Positions 9,505-18,166 of a stretch of 64,000 bases of DNA are shown in pieces (the first letter of the stretch is position 1; every line of letters begins with the position of its first letter). Source of the stretch: a virus (Duplodnaviria > Caudoviricetes). Under the pieces are notes generated by a model that saw only the letters and a list, made by a program, of their open reading frames with translations, did not search any database and was not told where the DNA came from. The translations under genes and the position numbers were made by a program. The DNA is taken from positions 160,001 through 224,000 of IMG/VR virus record IMGVR_UViG_3300028603_000017. One strand, given 5' to 3'.

Positions 9505-9532
9505 TGTCCTCTTTTCTTTTATTTGATTAATT

Positions 9533-10012
9533 ATGATTGAAATAGAACAAAAATACTTAGACGCTATCAATCAAGACACTAAATCTGAATTTACATTACA
9601 AACAGCCGTAAAGTTGTTTGTAAGACTAATGTCTTTAGAAAATTCACACTATGTTGTTCCTGTAGCTAGAATAAATACTCAACTAAAACTAAGTAATGAA
9701 GAAATAGCTTATGTTTTGGAAGTATCTGAGAAAGTAGAAGAACACAATTTGTTTGCTTACTATATAGCCAATGAATTTGAATTTGATAATCCTGGTATTA
9801 TAGAAAAATTAATTATCAATACTTTTAAACATAAAGAAGATAATAAACAAATAAAGAGCTTTTTACAATTTATCTTTACTTTGTTTTGCTTAGGTATTTA
9901 TCAGATTCCTGGTAAGGATATAGATGCTGTATTTAAAGAATATAAGATTTGGATCCTAAGACAACTCGGTATGACTGAAGAAGTATCGCCTAAGATTATC
10001 TTACCTAACTGA
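9533..10012 (+). CDS. hypothetical protein
   Basis: 159-aa AT-rich ORF between chmA and the nvRNAP gene. Confidence 0.7.
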   Translation: MIEIEQKYLDAINQDTKSEFTLQTAVKLFVRLMSLENSHYVVPVARINTQLKLSNEEIAYVLEVSEKVEEHNLFAYYIANEFEFDNPGIIEKLIINTFKHKEDNKQIKSFLQFIFTLFCLGIYQIPGKDIDAVFKEYKIWILRQLGMTEEVSPKIILPN

Positions 10013-10086
10013 AATAATTACAGCAACATATAATCCATATAGAGCCTAATCCTGGGCTCTGAAATAAGGAAAAAAGGATAAAAGAA

Positions 10087-12045
10087 GTGGCTGTATCTGA
10101 AGAGTTAGTTAATTTCAACCAGCTATTTAATCAGCTAAAGCAACCTCCCTTGATTATCAACGATATTGTTGAGACATCAGCAGAGGAAAAAGATACACTG
10201 AAGAATCTGATATTTACTAAGTATGATTCTGATGTGATGAAAAACGTACCTAGCTGTGACTGTGGTAGTATCACAGGTGAATACAATATCGGTGTTCTAT
10301 GTAAAAACTGTGATACCGAAGTTGTATCAGCTGTAGATAAAGAGCTAGAGCCTATTCTTTGGGTAAGAGCGCCTAAGAATATTCATGCATTAATTAATCC
10401 TACTGTTTGGACTCAGTTATCTCTGAGATTCAAGAAGAGTAATTTTGATACTATTCGCTGGATTTGTGATACAACTTATAGAGTAGGACCTAATGATGGA
10501 GCTATTGTAGCTGAGCTGCAAGAAGCTGGTATTACCAGAGGTTACAATAACTTTATTGAAAACTTTTACGATATCATCAATCGCTTATTTGAGATGAGGA
10601 GTTTTTCCTCTAAATCAAGAGTGACTTATGATCTACTACCACAATTGCTGGTAGAAAATAAAGATTCAATATTCTCTCAATATCTACCACTGGTTAACAG
10701 AACCATGCTAGTAATTGAGTCTACGACTGTTGGTACATATGTCGATCCATTTGTACCTACTGCTATTGATGCTATTTTAACAGTAGCATCAATTGATGTG
10801 GATGAATCTAGGTTTTCTATTAGGACAAAGGAAAACAGAGTTGCTAAGTTCCTATCTGGAATCAGTAGTTATTACTATAACTTTGCGAAAAACAATCTAG
10901 GTAGAAAGTCAGGCACCTATAGGCAACACGTTTATGGATCACGATCTCACTTCTCATTTAGAGCGGTGGTGTCGTCTTTAACGGACGCTCACCAGTATGA
11001 TGAGATTCATATTCCGTGGGGTATCGGAATTACTATATTTCGATATCACATCATCAATAAACTCATTCGACGAGGATATACCGTCAATCAAGCGATATAT
11101 CTGATTAATGCACACGCAAAGGTATTTCATCCACTCATTAACGAGATCTTTAAAGAACTCATTGATGAATCACCTCGTAAAGGTGTCGATGTAACTATTA
11201 ATCGAAATCCCTCTTTGGTACGTGGATCTATTCAAAGAGTGAGGATTACTAAAGTCAAAGAAGATACCTCAATCAATACTGTTTCATTCAGCATTTTGAT
11301 TGTAGGTCCCATGAACGCTAAAGATTGGTGTTCTAAAAGCTCCTTAATTGCTGGGAACTCCTGTAAAGGACAATCAGCAGCTGATCCTAGATACATATCT
11401 AGGCGAGTTCAACGACTAGTCGAAAGACGTACAGCCAAGCGGCTGGAAACAGGAGCCAGTCTCTGAATAAGAGATGGAAGATATAGTCTGAACATCTGTG
11501 GTAACACAGAGCTGGATTCACTATCCGGGTAATGCGTAGCGAACATTGCTGAACATATTTGGATTTTGACGGTGGAAGCATTGCCGTCTCGAAAGCTTTT
11601 GAATTGCTGGGAACTCTCACACCGAGACAATCAGCAGCCAAGATCTTATTTGCTTACCGGTAAATAGGATAAGGTTCAACGACTATCCCGAAAGGGAGTA
11701 CAGCCAAGCGGCTGGAAGCGGAAGCCACCAAACCAGGTGAAGATATAGTCTGAACATCTATGGTGACATAGAGCGAAGCAGGTAATGCTGCGGGTTAGGA
11801 AATAGCGAGCCTAGCTGAACAATACGGATGCCCTTAATTTCACTTTGACTTTAGATAACGATTTGTCTGAAGAGCTCAAGCATCTTGATCCACATAAGAG
11901 CTGTTTTGAACTCGATGAACCTAGAACCATCTCTGGCAATCTCTCGATTCCCAAGACAGTTGTAGGCACAATTAGTAATTGGTTACATTTTGAAGAACCT
12001 GATAACACACCCACGGACTTTATGAAGTCTATTGCAATAGGTTAA
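10087..12045 (+). CDS. non-virion RNA polymerase beta-prime N-terminal/catalytic subunit (phiKZ gp55-56.1-like), spliced: join(10087..11319,11562..11573,11827..12045), 487 aa
   Basis: Zn-binding CDCG...CKNC, KSGTYRQHVYGSR, RAVVS and NRNPSL motifs; joining the three exons in frame restores GPMNA-DFDG-DALNF, i.e. the catalytic NADFDGD. Confidence 0.92.
11320..11561 (+). ncRNA. group I intron 1 (IA2-like, 242 nt, no homing endonuclease ORF)
   Basis: 5' exon ends in U and pairs with IGS GGUGUUC (U-G at the splice site); core elements P AAUUGCUGGGAA, Q AAUCAGCAGC, R GUUCAACGACUA, S AAGAUAUAGUCU; P7.1/P7.2-like hairpins; terminal G at 11561. Confidence 0.92.
11574..11826 (+). ncRNA. group I intron 2 (IA2-like, 253 nt, no homing endonuclease ORF)
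   Basis: Exon GACGGU pairs with IGS GCCGUC; P10 GCAUU pairs with 3' exon GAUGC; same P/Q/R/S cores; terminal G at 11826. Confidence 0.92.
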
Positions 12046-12050
12046 TTAGC

Positions 12051-12662
12051 ATGAGAGTAGTCTCTGGCGGTACTGCTGCCTGGAATGCGATAGCATACGG
12101 ACAGCAAAACCCTCTTAATCTTGGGTATTTTAAAAGTCAACTAGAGAACATTGGACAAAACCTGAATGAACAAGCCAAAATCTTTTATCAGGATGTCCAA
12201 AGTCTTTACGATAAGTTCAACAGCTCTGAGGCAATGCGCTTGATGCGCTCAGCCATGAAGTCTGCTGCATCACTGTTTAATGATAATATCATTAGACCAC
12301 TGACATCAACAGATGAGCTACAAAACGCATCTATACAAATGCAAAGATGGGTAATGGCTAATCCCGTTATTCGTCAGATGTACCACAATCAGGAATGTGA
12401 CGGGTATTCTGATACATATGTGGATATGGAGCCTGGCAAAATAGGTGAAGCTCATTACGACTATCGCAGGGTGATGGACGGCATTGTGGTGTGTGATGAG
12501 GATCAAGAGTCCTTTACACAGTACTTTGAAGATCTGCATGAAGGTGATAGAGATTTGATTCTCAGTGAGCAAAGCGATATTTTGACAACATGGTCTTTCA
12601 TGGAAGCTATGGTCAAAGCACTCAAAGATGATCCAACGTCTCAATATGGTGGTCAGCTTTAA
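12051..12662 (+). CDS. conserved Chimalliviridae core hypothetical protein (phiKZ gp59-like by position)
   Basis: 203 aa with a GYSDTY..PG..HYDYRRVMDG block, directly after the nvRNAP gene. Confidence 0.7.
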   Translation: MRVVSGGTAAWNAIAYGQQNPLNLGYFKSQLENIGQNLNEQAKIFYQDVQSLYDKFNSSEAMRLMRSAMKSAASLFNDNIIRPLTSTDELQNASIQMQRWVMANPVIRQMYHNQECDGYSDTYVDMEPGKIGEAHYDYRRVMDGIVVCDEDQESFTQYFEDLHEGDRDLILSEQSDILTTWSFMEAMVKALKDDPTSQYGGQL

Positions 12663-12672
12663 TTAACAGCAT

Positions 12673-12707
12673 AGATGGATTGGAGCTCACCAGGCTCCAA
12701 TCCATCT
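12673..12707. terminator. intergenic hairpin (CATA...TATG family)
   Basis: agatggattggagc/gctccaatccatct. Confidence 0.6.
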
Positions 12708-12727
12708 TATGTAATGTATAATTTTCT

Positions 12728-13150
12728 TTGAACACAATGAATAAAATCCCTGTTCCTACTATGTCTAGCGATGGTTGGGTCTTCGAATCCCTACATATGG
12801 CTGACTACTTAATGAGTGATTTCTTTTTATCAGAATATAGTCAAACTGCACTATATCCTAATACAATCACTTCTTTGCCATACATTATTGAAGCCAATAA
12901 AGAGTCTCCTGAGCGTATAGCTGAGAAGATGCAAGATGGTTTAGAAGTTTACTTTAGCAGATATTTTAATAACGTCATTGTACAAGCCAGTTATAGAGAT
13001 GATCCTGCATCAGGCTCTAAAGCTATCGTAGATGTTTTTATTGAATACGTAGATTCTGAAGGCAAAACACATTCTTTTGCTAAAGGAGCAGAAATCATTG
13101 ATGGTAAGTTTAACAAAATTGTTGAAATCAATAACTATTTAGGTGAATAA
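12728..13150 (+). CDS. conserved jumbo-phage hypothetical protein (ATG start probably 12737)
   Basis: VPTMSSDGWV...SEYSQT motif; core-block position. Confidence 0.7.
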   Translation: MNTMNKIPVPTMSSDGWVFESLHMADYLMSDFFLSEYSQTALYPNTITSLPYIIEANKESPERIAEKMQDGLEVYFSRYFNNVIVQASYRDDPASGSKAIVDVFIEYVDSEGKTHSFAKGAEIIDGKFNKIVEINNYLGE

Positions 13151-13152
13151 AT

Positions 13153-13692
13153 ATGTTCCAACCTGAAGGTCCAATGACTGAGGATATGCTAAACGGTATT
13201 ATTAACAGTCATGCCCAATTGCCAGAAACTATCTTTGTTAGAGATTTTCTACCTATATTTGCTGGTAAAGTCCCATTAGAAAAAGTAAAAGACTTTGTTC
13301 AAGTATGGATATCTATTTCTGGCTCTCCTACAGCAGCAGTTGATATTATTGATAGAAAAGGCAATACTTTATTTACTGTACCTGGTTTATTTGATACCAA
13401 TTTTATTGATCCATCTAAAAAAGATGGTTCTATGAATTTTGCTGAGATTGTTAGTTTTGCTAAACTACATAACGCTATTAGTCCAGAACTAGAAAAAAGA
13501 GTATTTGTAGAAAATGTACAAAAGAAACTAGACGTGATTCAAAAGAAATCACCTAGTTTTATCAAGAACGTACAAATATGGCAGGATATTTTCCAGCGTT
13601 ACGGAATTACTGATGAAAAGGAAGAAAAAACTACTGTATCTAATTCTACAGTAAAACAAACCAGTAATGTAACGGATGACGATTTCGAATGA
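13153..13692 (+). CDS. conserved jumbo-phage hypothetical protein
   Basis: 179 aa, PETIFVRDFLPIF and LFTVPGL segments, acidic tail. Confidence 0.7.
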   Translation: MFQPEGPMTEDMLNGIINSHAQLPETIFVRDFLPIFAGKVPLEKVKDFVQVWISISGSPTAAVDIIDRKGNTLFTVPGLFDTNFIDPSKKDGSMNFAEIVSFAKLHNAISPELEKRVFVENVQKKLDVIQKKSPSFIKNVQIWQDIFQRYGITDEKEEKTTVSNSTVKQTSNVTDDDFE

Positions 13693-14812
13693 TTTCGTAA
13701 ATATTGCTGTTATATCTGATATTCATTTAGGTCATAAAAACACCAAGACATTATCTATCATTAAAAATCTAGAAGATTTAATCTTTAAGGACCACTCTAA
13801 TAAAGATTTAGATATTCTATTTTTAGCTGGAGATGTATTTGATGGATTACTAGAGCTAAATGATGAAGATATAACGTATATTGATTTTTTTATTGAAGCA
13901 CTGCTTAGGTATTGTTATAAGAATGAAATAGCTTTAAGAATACTAGAGGGTACTCCCAGTCACGACTGGACTCAATCTATTCGTTTTATAACAATAGCTC
14001 AAATGCTAGAGTTAAAAGACTTAGATATTAAATACATTGATAATATTCATATTGAAATCAACGAAAAATTCAATATGAGTATTTTATATGTACCTGATGA
14101 AATACAGCCTACTACAGATAAGACTTTAAAATTAGTCAAACAAGCTATCTACGATGCAGGTTTAGATCAGGTAGATATTGCTATTATGCATGGACAGTTT
14201 GAGTATCAGCTGCCAGCAGGTATTAAAAATATTCCTAGACACTCTAGTGAGGAATATTTAAAGATAGTCAAAAAGCTAATAGCTATAGGGCATGTGCACA
14301 CGCATTCTTATTTAGATAGAATTGTAGCACAAGGATCTTTTGATCGTTTAAAACACGGTGAAGAAGAACCTAAAGGCTATATTAAAGCTAAAATATATAA
14401 AGATAGCTTCACTTTTGATTTTATAGAGAACAAAAACGCACAGATCTATAAGACAATAGAAATTAGTGACTTATCTTTAGAAGACACATTTAGGTATTTG
14501 GATGAAGTTACCAATACATATCCTAATTCTTTCATTAGATTAAAAGCTACTTATAATCACCCTATATTCGCTAATATGGGTGAAGTAGTGGCAAAATATC
14601 CTGGTATTACGTTTAGCAGATTGATCAAGGACAAGTCCGCTAATATAGATGAGCAGTATTCTGATCTAGAAATAGACACATCTGAATATACGCCAATTAC
14701 TTTAACAAAAGATAATATTCCTGACTTATTGAAACCTAAACTAATAATTAGGTTTGATAATAATGAGAGATTATTAAACAAGAGCTTAAACTTATTAGAG
14801 GAATGTCTATAA
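13676..14812 (+). CDS. SbcD/Mre11-like metallophosphoesterase nuclease (phiKZ gp65-like)
   Basis: SDIHLG, AGDVFD, GTPSHD, MHGQF and GHVH calcineurin-like motifs. Confidence 0.85.
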   Translation: MTISNDFVNIAVISDIHLGHKNTKTLSIIKNLEDLIFKDHSNKDLDILFLAGDVFDGLLELNDEDITYIDFFIEALLRYCYKNEIALRILEGTPSHDWTQSIRFITIAQMLELKDLDIKYIDNIHIEINEKFNMSILYVPDEIQPTTDKTLKLVKQAIYDAGLDQVDIAIMHGQFEYQLPAGIKNIPRHSSEEYLKIVKKLIAIGHVHTHSYLDRIVAQGSFDRLKHGEEEPKGYIKAKIYKDSFTFDFIENKNAQIYKTIEISDLSLEDTFRYLDEVTNTYPNSFIRLKATYNHPIFANMGEVVAKYPGITFSRLIKDKSANIDEQYSDLEIDTSEYTPITLTKDNIPDLLKPKLIIRFDNNERLLNKSLNLLEECL

Positions 14813-15673
14813 ATGTTTAGCATTATATCAGGCAGAGCTACCTCTGCCTTTCCTATTAGTGTTGGAACATCGCTGGCTTTTGAGTCAGCGATTGTTTCTA
14901 ACCAACCCTCTATAGATCCTGATCGTGTTATACCACAAAAGATCAATTTGAACGACTATGATGAAATCTGGATTAATATATCAACTTTATTTAGAAACTT
15001 AGTAGGCTCACTCACCAAGGATGACTCGCAAAGAGTTCATCCTGGTGAGTTGGCTGTTGGGTTGATGAATGAAATAGATATTATCAAAGAAATTGTCAAA
15101 GCTGATACATTAGATAAAGTAAAGGTGGTTTTCTACGTTTGTGACCATAGAGACTTAACCAAATCAAAATATCCATACGCTTTATTTAGAGTAGATTCTA
15201 CGCCAAAGCAGTTGTTGTACCGCTCTAATCACGATAAAGCGATTGCTGAGGTATTAAAGCAAAGATCTGTAGTGGATTCTATTAGAGTCTTTAATGGCTC
15301 TGAGATTACGTCTCCTAATTATAGAAACATTATTATCATTACACACATTGCTTTAGATCTGTGTAGTCAAAAGAATTTCAATAGATTTGATCTATTAGAA
15401 TCTCATACAGGTGTATTGAAAAAACCTCATCAATTCAATACCAAATACTTAGATGGTAAGAAGTATCCAATGCTACCCTTTAATAAAGGATTATTACAAA
15501 TCTTTGGAGATTCTGAGCATTTTAGACCTTACCCTATTAAAACTAGGGAAAATGTATTAGCTGTTGCTGAAAAATACAAATGGACACCAGCTACGACCAG
15601 AGATAAAATAAAGTATTCCATATCTAATATACCAGCAGCTTATGATAGGGAAATTTTACTGGGCTTAGTATAG
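14813..15673 (+). CDS. conserved core protein (phiKZ gp66-like; possible degenerate PIN/5'-nuclease-like fold)
   Basis: WINISTLFRN and LLESHTG motifs; sits between the SbcD-like and chmC-like genes. Confidence 0.6.
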   Translation: MFSIISGRATSAFPISVGTSLAFESAIVSNQPSIDPDRVIPQKINLNDYDEIWINISTLFRNLVGSLTKDDSQRVHPGELAVGLMNEIDIIKEIVKADTLDKVKVVFYVCDHRDLTKSKYPYALFRVDSTPKQLLYRSNHDKAIAEVLKQRSVVDSIRVFNGSEITSPNYRNIIIITHIALDLCSQKNFNRFDLLESHTGVLKKPHQFNTKYLDGKKYPMLPFNKGLLQIFGDSEHFRPYPIKTRENVLAVAEKYKWTPATTRDKIKYSISNIPAAYDREILLGLV

Positions 15674-15767
15674 CTGCTATTTGCTAAATTTACGTAGTAT
15701 ATCAATAATTTGTAAAACGCCTAATCTTTTAATCTTTGTTTAAATCCGACTTTCACTAGGAACTATC

Positions 15768-16478
15768 ATGGCTGACTTCCAAGCGCAACCCAGAAAAAAA
15801 ATCGCACTGGACAACTCTAAGCTTTCACTGCGTGCACCTAGCACAGCAGAAGGCAAGACCGCATCTTTGATCTGGATGCTTTATAAGAATAATCCCCGTA
15901 TTGTTGTTTGGACTCGTGATCCTCAAGATGAGACTGAGCGTAATAAGGGTGGTAAGATTCAAGCTGAGCTGAATTTGCCTATTATGTTCAGTATCCTTGA
16001 GAATCTGAACTTTGCTATTACTGCTGAGCCTGGCTGGCGAGCAAAGCTAGAAAACAAAAACTATACTTTCTTTGGTGGTAAGAAGTCTGACCAACCACAA
16101 GTCCTTACTGAAATTTGGGTAGGTAAAGATAAAGAAGGTTTTGTTTATATTTCTGTTACAGCACCTAACCGTCCGATTATTAAGTTCCGTATCCAGCCTG
16201 ATGATTTCCATTGCTGGTACGACGCTGATGGTCAAAAGACTGATCCTGCACGCCTGTCTGCTATTTACGTTAAAGGCTATGTAGATATTCTCAAAAGTAT
16301 TTACAGCCATCTAGCTATTACTGAATTCGTAGACATAGCTGCTGAGATGCGTGAAAAAGACAATAAGCGCCAAGGCGGTGGTGGTTGGAACAACAACCGT
16401 GGTGGTAATCAAGGTGGCGGTGGATACCAAAAGTCCAATGATTCCGGCTTTGGTGGTGGTGATGATCTACCCTTTTAA
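15768..16478 (+). CDS. chmC: ChmC-like nucleus-associated nucleic-acid (RNA)-binding protein (phiKZ gp67-like)
   Basis: Beta-rich core plus Gly/Asn-rich disordered tail ending DDLPF; immediately upstream of the gp68-like gene. Confidence 0.65.
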   Translation: MADFQAQPRKKIALDNSKLSLRAPSTAEGKTASLIWMLYKNNPRIVVWTRDPQDETERNKGGKIQAELNLPIMFSILENLNFAITAEPGWRAKLENKNYTFFGGKKSDQPQVLTEIWVGKDKEGFVYISVTAPNRPIIKFRIQPDDFHCWYDADGQKTDPARLSAIYVKGYVDILKSIYSHLAITEFVDIAAEMREKDNKRQGGGGWNNNRGGNQGGGGYQKSNDSGFGGGDDLPF

Positions 16479-16625
16479 TTAAATAATAAGATATGTCAGA
16501 GGTGAGTAGGCTAATGCCTACCATCTCTGGCTATCCACTCTAATTGCATTAGTGATGCAAAGATTTTTAGAAATATATCATAATGGTGAGGTTAGTTTCG
16601 TTAGGTCTGTAAACAAGGAAACGCA

Positions 16626-18155
16626 GTGAGAATAGAATTACTGGCAGACGGTATTTCAAAACCCAAAGTCCATATCTCTCATGGAGATGAGATTTTGGTT
16701 TGGGATGTGAGTATATTCGATAAGTCCAACTTTGCTGGACCCTTCGATATGTATCACTATAACAATCAGTTTTTGGCTAAGAAAACTGCTGAGGAGCAGC
16801 AACAGATATTCAATATTTTCAAGAGCATCAGAATTGCTTTTGATGAAATCAATGAATGGAAGCAACTATCAAAGACTTTACAGCCTTTGATTCATGATCT
16901 GTTTACTTATCACGAAATCAACACTGTTAAGAAATGGATCTTGTACCATTCAGATATTCAGTTTCCAACAGATTTGAAAGCTGAATATATTCAAAGCAAT
17001 GACAAAACTGGCTCTCGTGAGCAAACTTACATTATCTCAGACTATCAAAAGCTGATTGCTCTGACGTTCTGTTTAAGACTCATGATTCCTATTTGGGGTG
17101 AGTTTATTGCTCAGACCAGACGAGACACAGGCACTAGCTTTAAGGAGTATTATGCTTTCTTGCTGTTAGCCAAAACAGACTTGTTTGCATCAGAAGCTAT
17201 GGAAAAGTTAACTACCTATGTTAGCTACTCTATGCCTGATGAGAGATCTAATGCTACGGTGCTAGGCGGTATCAGCTCTGAAGACTATCCTTTATGGATC
17301 TTGTCTTTGGTAGTGATTCGCTGTATTTGTACCAAAGATATATCTGGTCATCAGCCAGATTTCTCACTTATCCCTTATATTTACAATCATGTAAAAGAAA
17401 GAGTAAAAAGATCAGACACATCTTTTGATGGTTTGGTCAAAGAAAAACGCATCAATGAAAATAGCTCTGACTCAGATGGTAGAACGTCTGGATTAGAAGA
17501 ATACAAGATTCGACAAGAAAACACCCCTGGTGATGTGGTCTTGGTCAATCATGCTATGCAGGATATTTTAGCAGCCACACTAAAAATTTATCCTGATATC
17601 GACCTTAACCTGTTTCACAACGCCATTGAAACAGCTAAAGCATTAGAAACAAGGAAAATCGAAGATCCACAGATTACTCTGGTTAAATGGATTTTCAAAC
17701 CATATATCTCTACTAGAGGTATCGATATGCTCAGCAAACCAACCATGGTTTGTGCTTTGGGAGCTACTCAAGCGATTCTTTGGCATAGACAGCACTATGT
17801 CCTATCTGCTTTATCGACAGCTATTGTAGCCAACGATGCAGACTATGGTGTTAGCTCCATTGAATCCAGAGCACGTATTCCTAAGCAGTATATCGAGGAA
17901 ATTCAAAAATACTACCCTTACACACAACGCACTCCCATTCGCCAAAGAAACGCAAAACCAACCAATTTGTGTTTACAAGCTATTGACAACATATGTGATG
18001 AATTCAGCTCTTATAACTGGATTGTCAGTATGGACAGAGAATTTTTAAAATATGTAACAGGCTCAGACGCTAACAGAACTCTAGTTATTCCTCACGATAT
18101 CAGGATCAGAGTCGCTCAACTGGTCTTAGATTTAGTTAACCGAGTGAACATTTAA
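16626..18155 (+). CDS. nvRNAP promoter-specificity (sigma-like) subunit (phiKZ gp68-like)
   Basis: 509 aa with a LRLMIPIWGEFI segment; gene order chmC-gp68-gp69-gp70-nvRNAP beta. Confidence 0.7.
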   Translation: MRIELLADGISKPKVHISHGDEILVWDVSIFDKSNFAGPFDMYHYNNQFLAKKTAEEQQQIFNIFKSIRIAFDEINEWKQLSKTLQPLIHDLFTYHEINTVKKWILYHSDIQFPTDLKAEYIQSNDKTGSREQTYIISDYQKLIALTFCLRLMIPIWGEFIAQTRRDTGTSFKEYYAFLLLAKTDLFASEAMEKLTTYVSYSMPDERSNATVLGGISSEDYPLWILSLVVIRCICTKDISGHQPDFSLIPYIYNHVKERVKRSDTSFDGLVKEKRINENSSDSDGRTSGLEEYKIRQENTPGDVVLVNHAMQDILAATLKIYPDIDLNLFHNAIETAKALETRKIEDPQITLVKWIFKPYISTRGIDMLSKPTMVCALGATQAILWHRQHYVLSALSTAIVANDADYGVSSIESRARIPKQYIEEIQKYYPYTQRTPIRQRNAKPTNLCLQAIDNICDEFSSYNWIVSMDREFLKYVTGSDANRTLVIPHDIRIRVAQLVLDLVNRVNI

Positions 18156-18166
18156 AGATTAAAGCA

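Noticed and set aside
11320-11466. C-terminal 48 residues (KDWCSK...GASL) of the 459-aa ORF in the track
   Set aside because: This is read-through into intron 1; the real protein continues through the micro-exon and exon 3
11320-11826. Repeated blocks read as a CRISPR array or simple tandem repeat
   Set aside because: Only two units of ~250 nt, fully explained as two related group I introns
11399-12014. Short minus-strand ORFs over the introns as possible homing endonucleases
   Set aside because: No HNH, GIY-YIG or LAGLIDADG motifs, and they are antisense to conserved ribozyme cores or to exon 3
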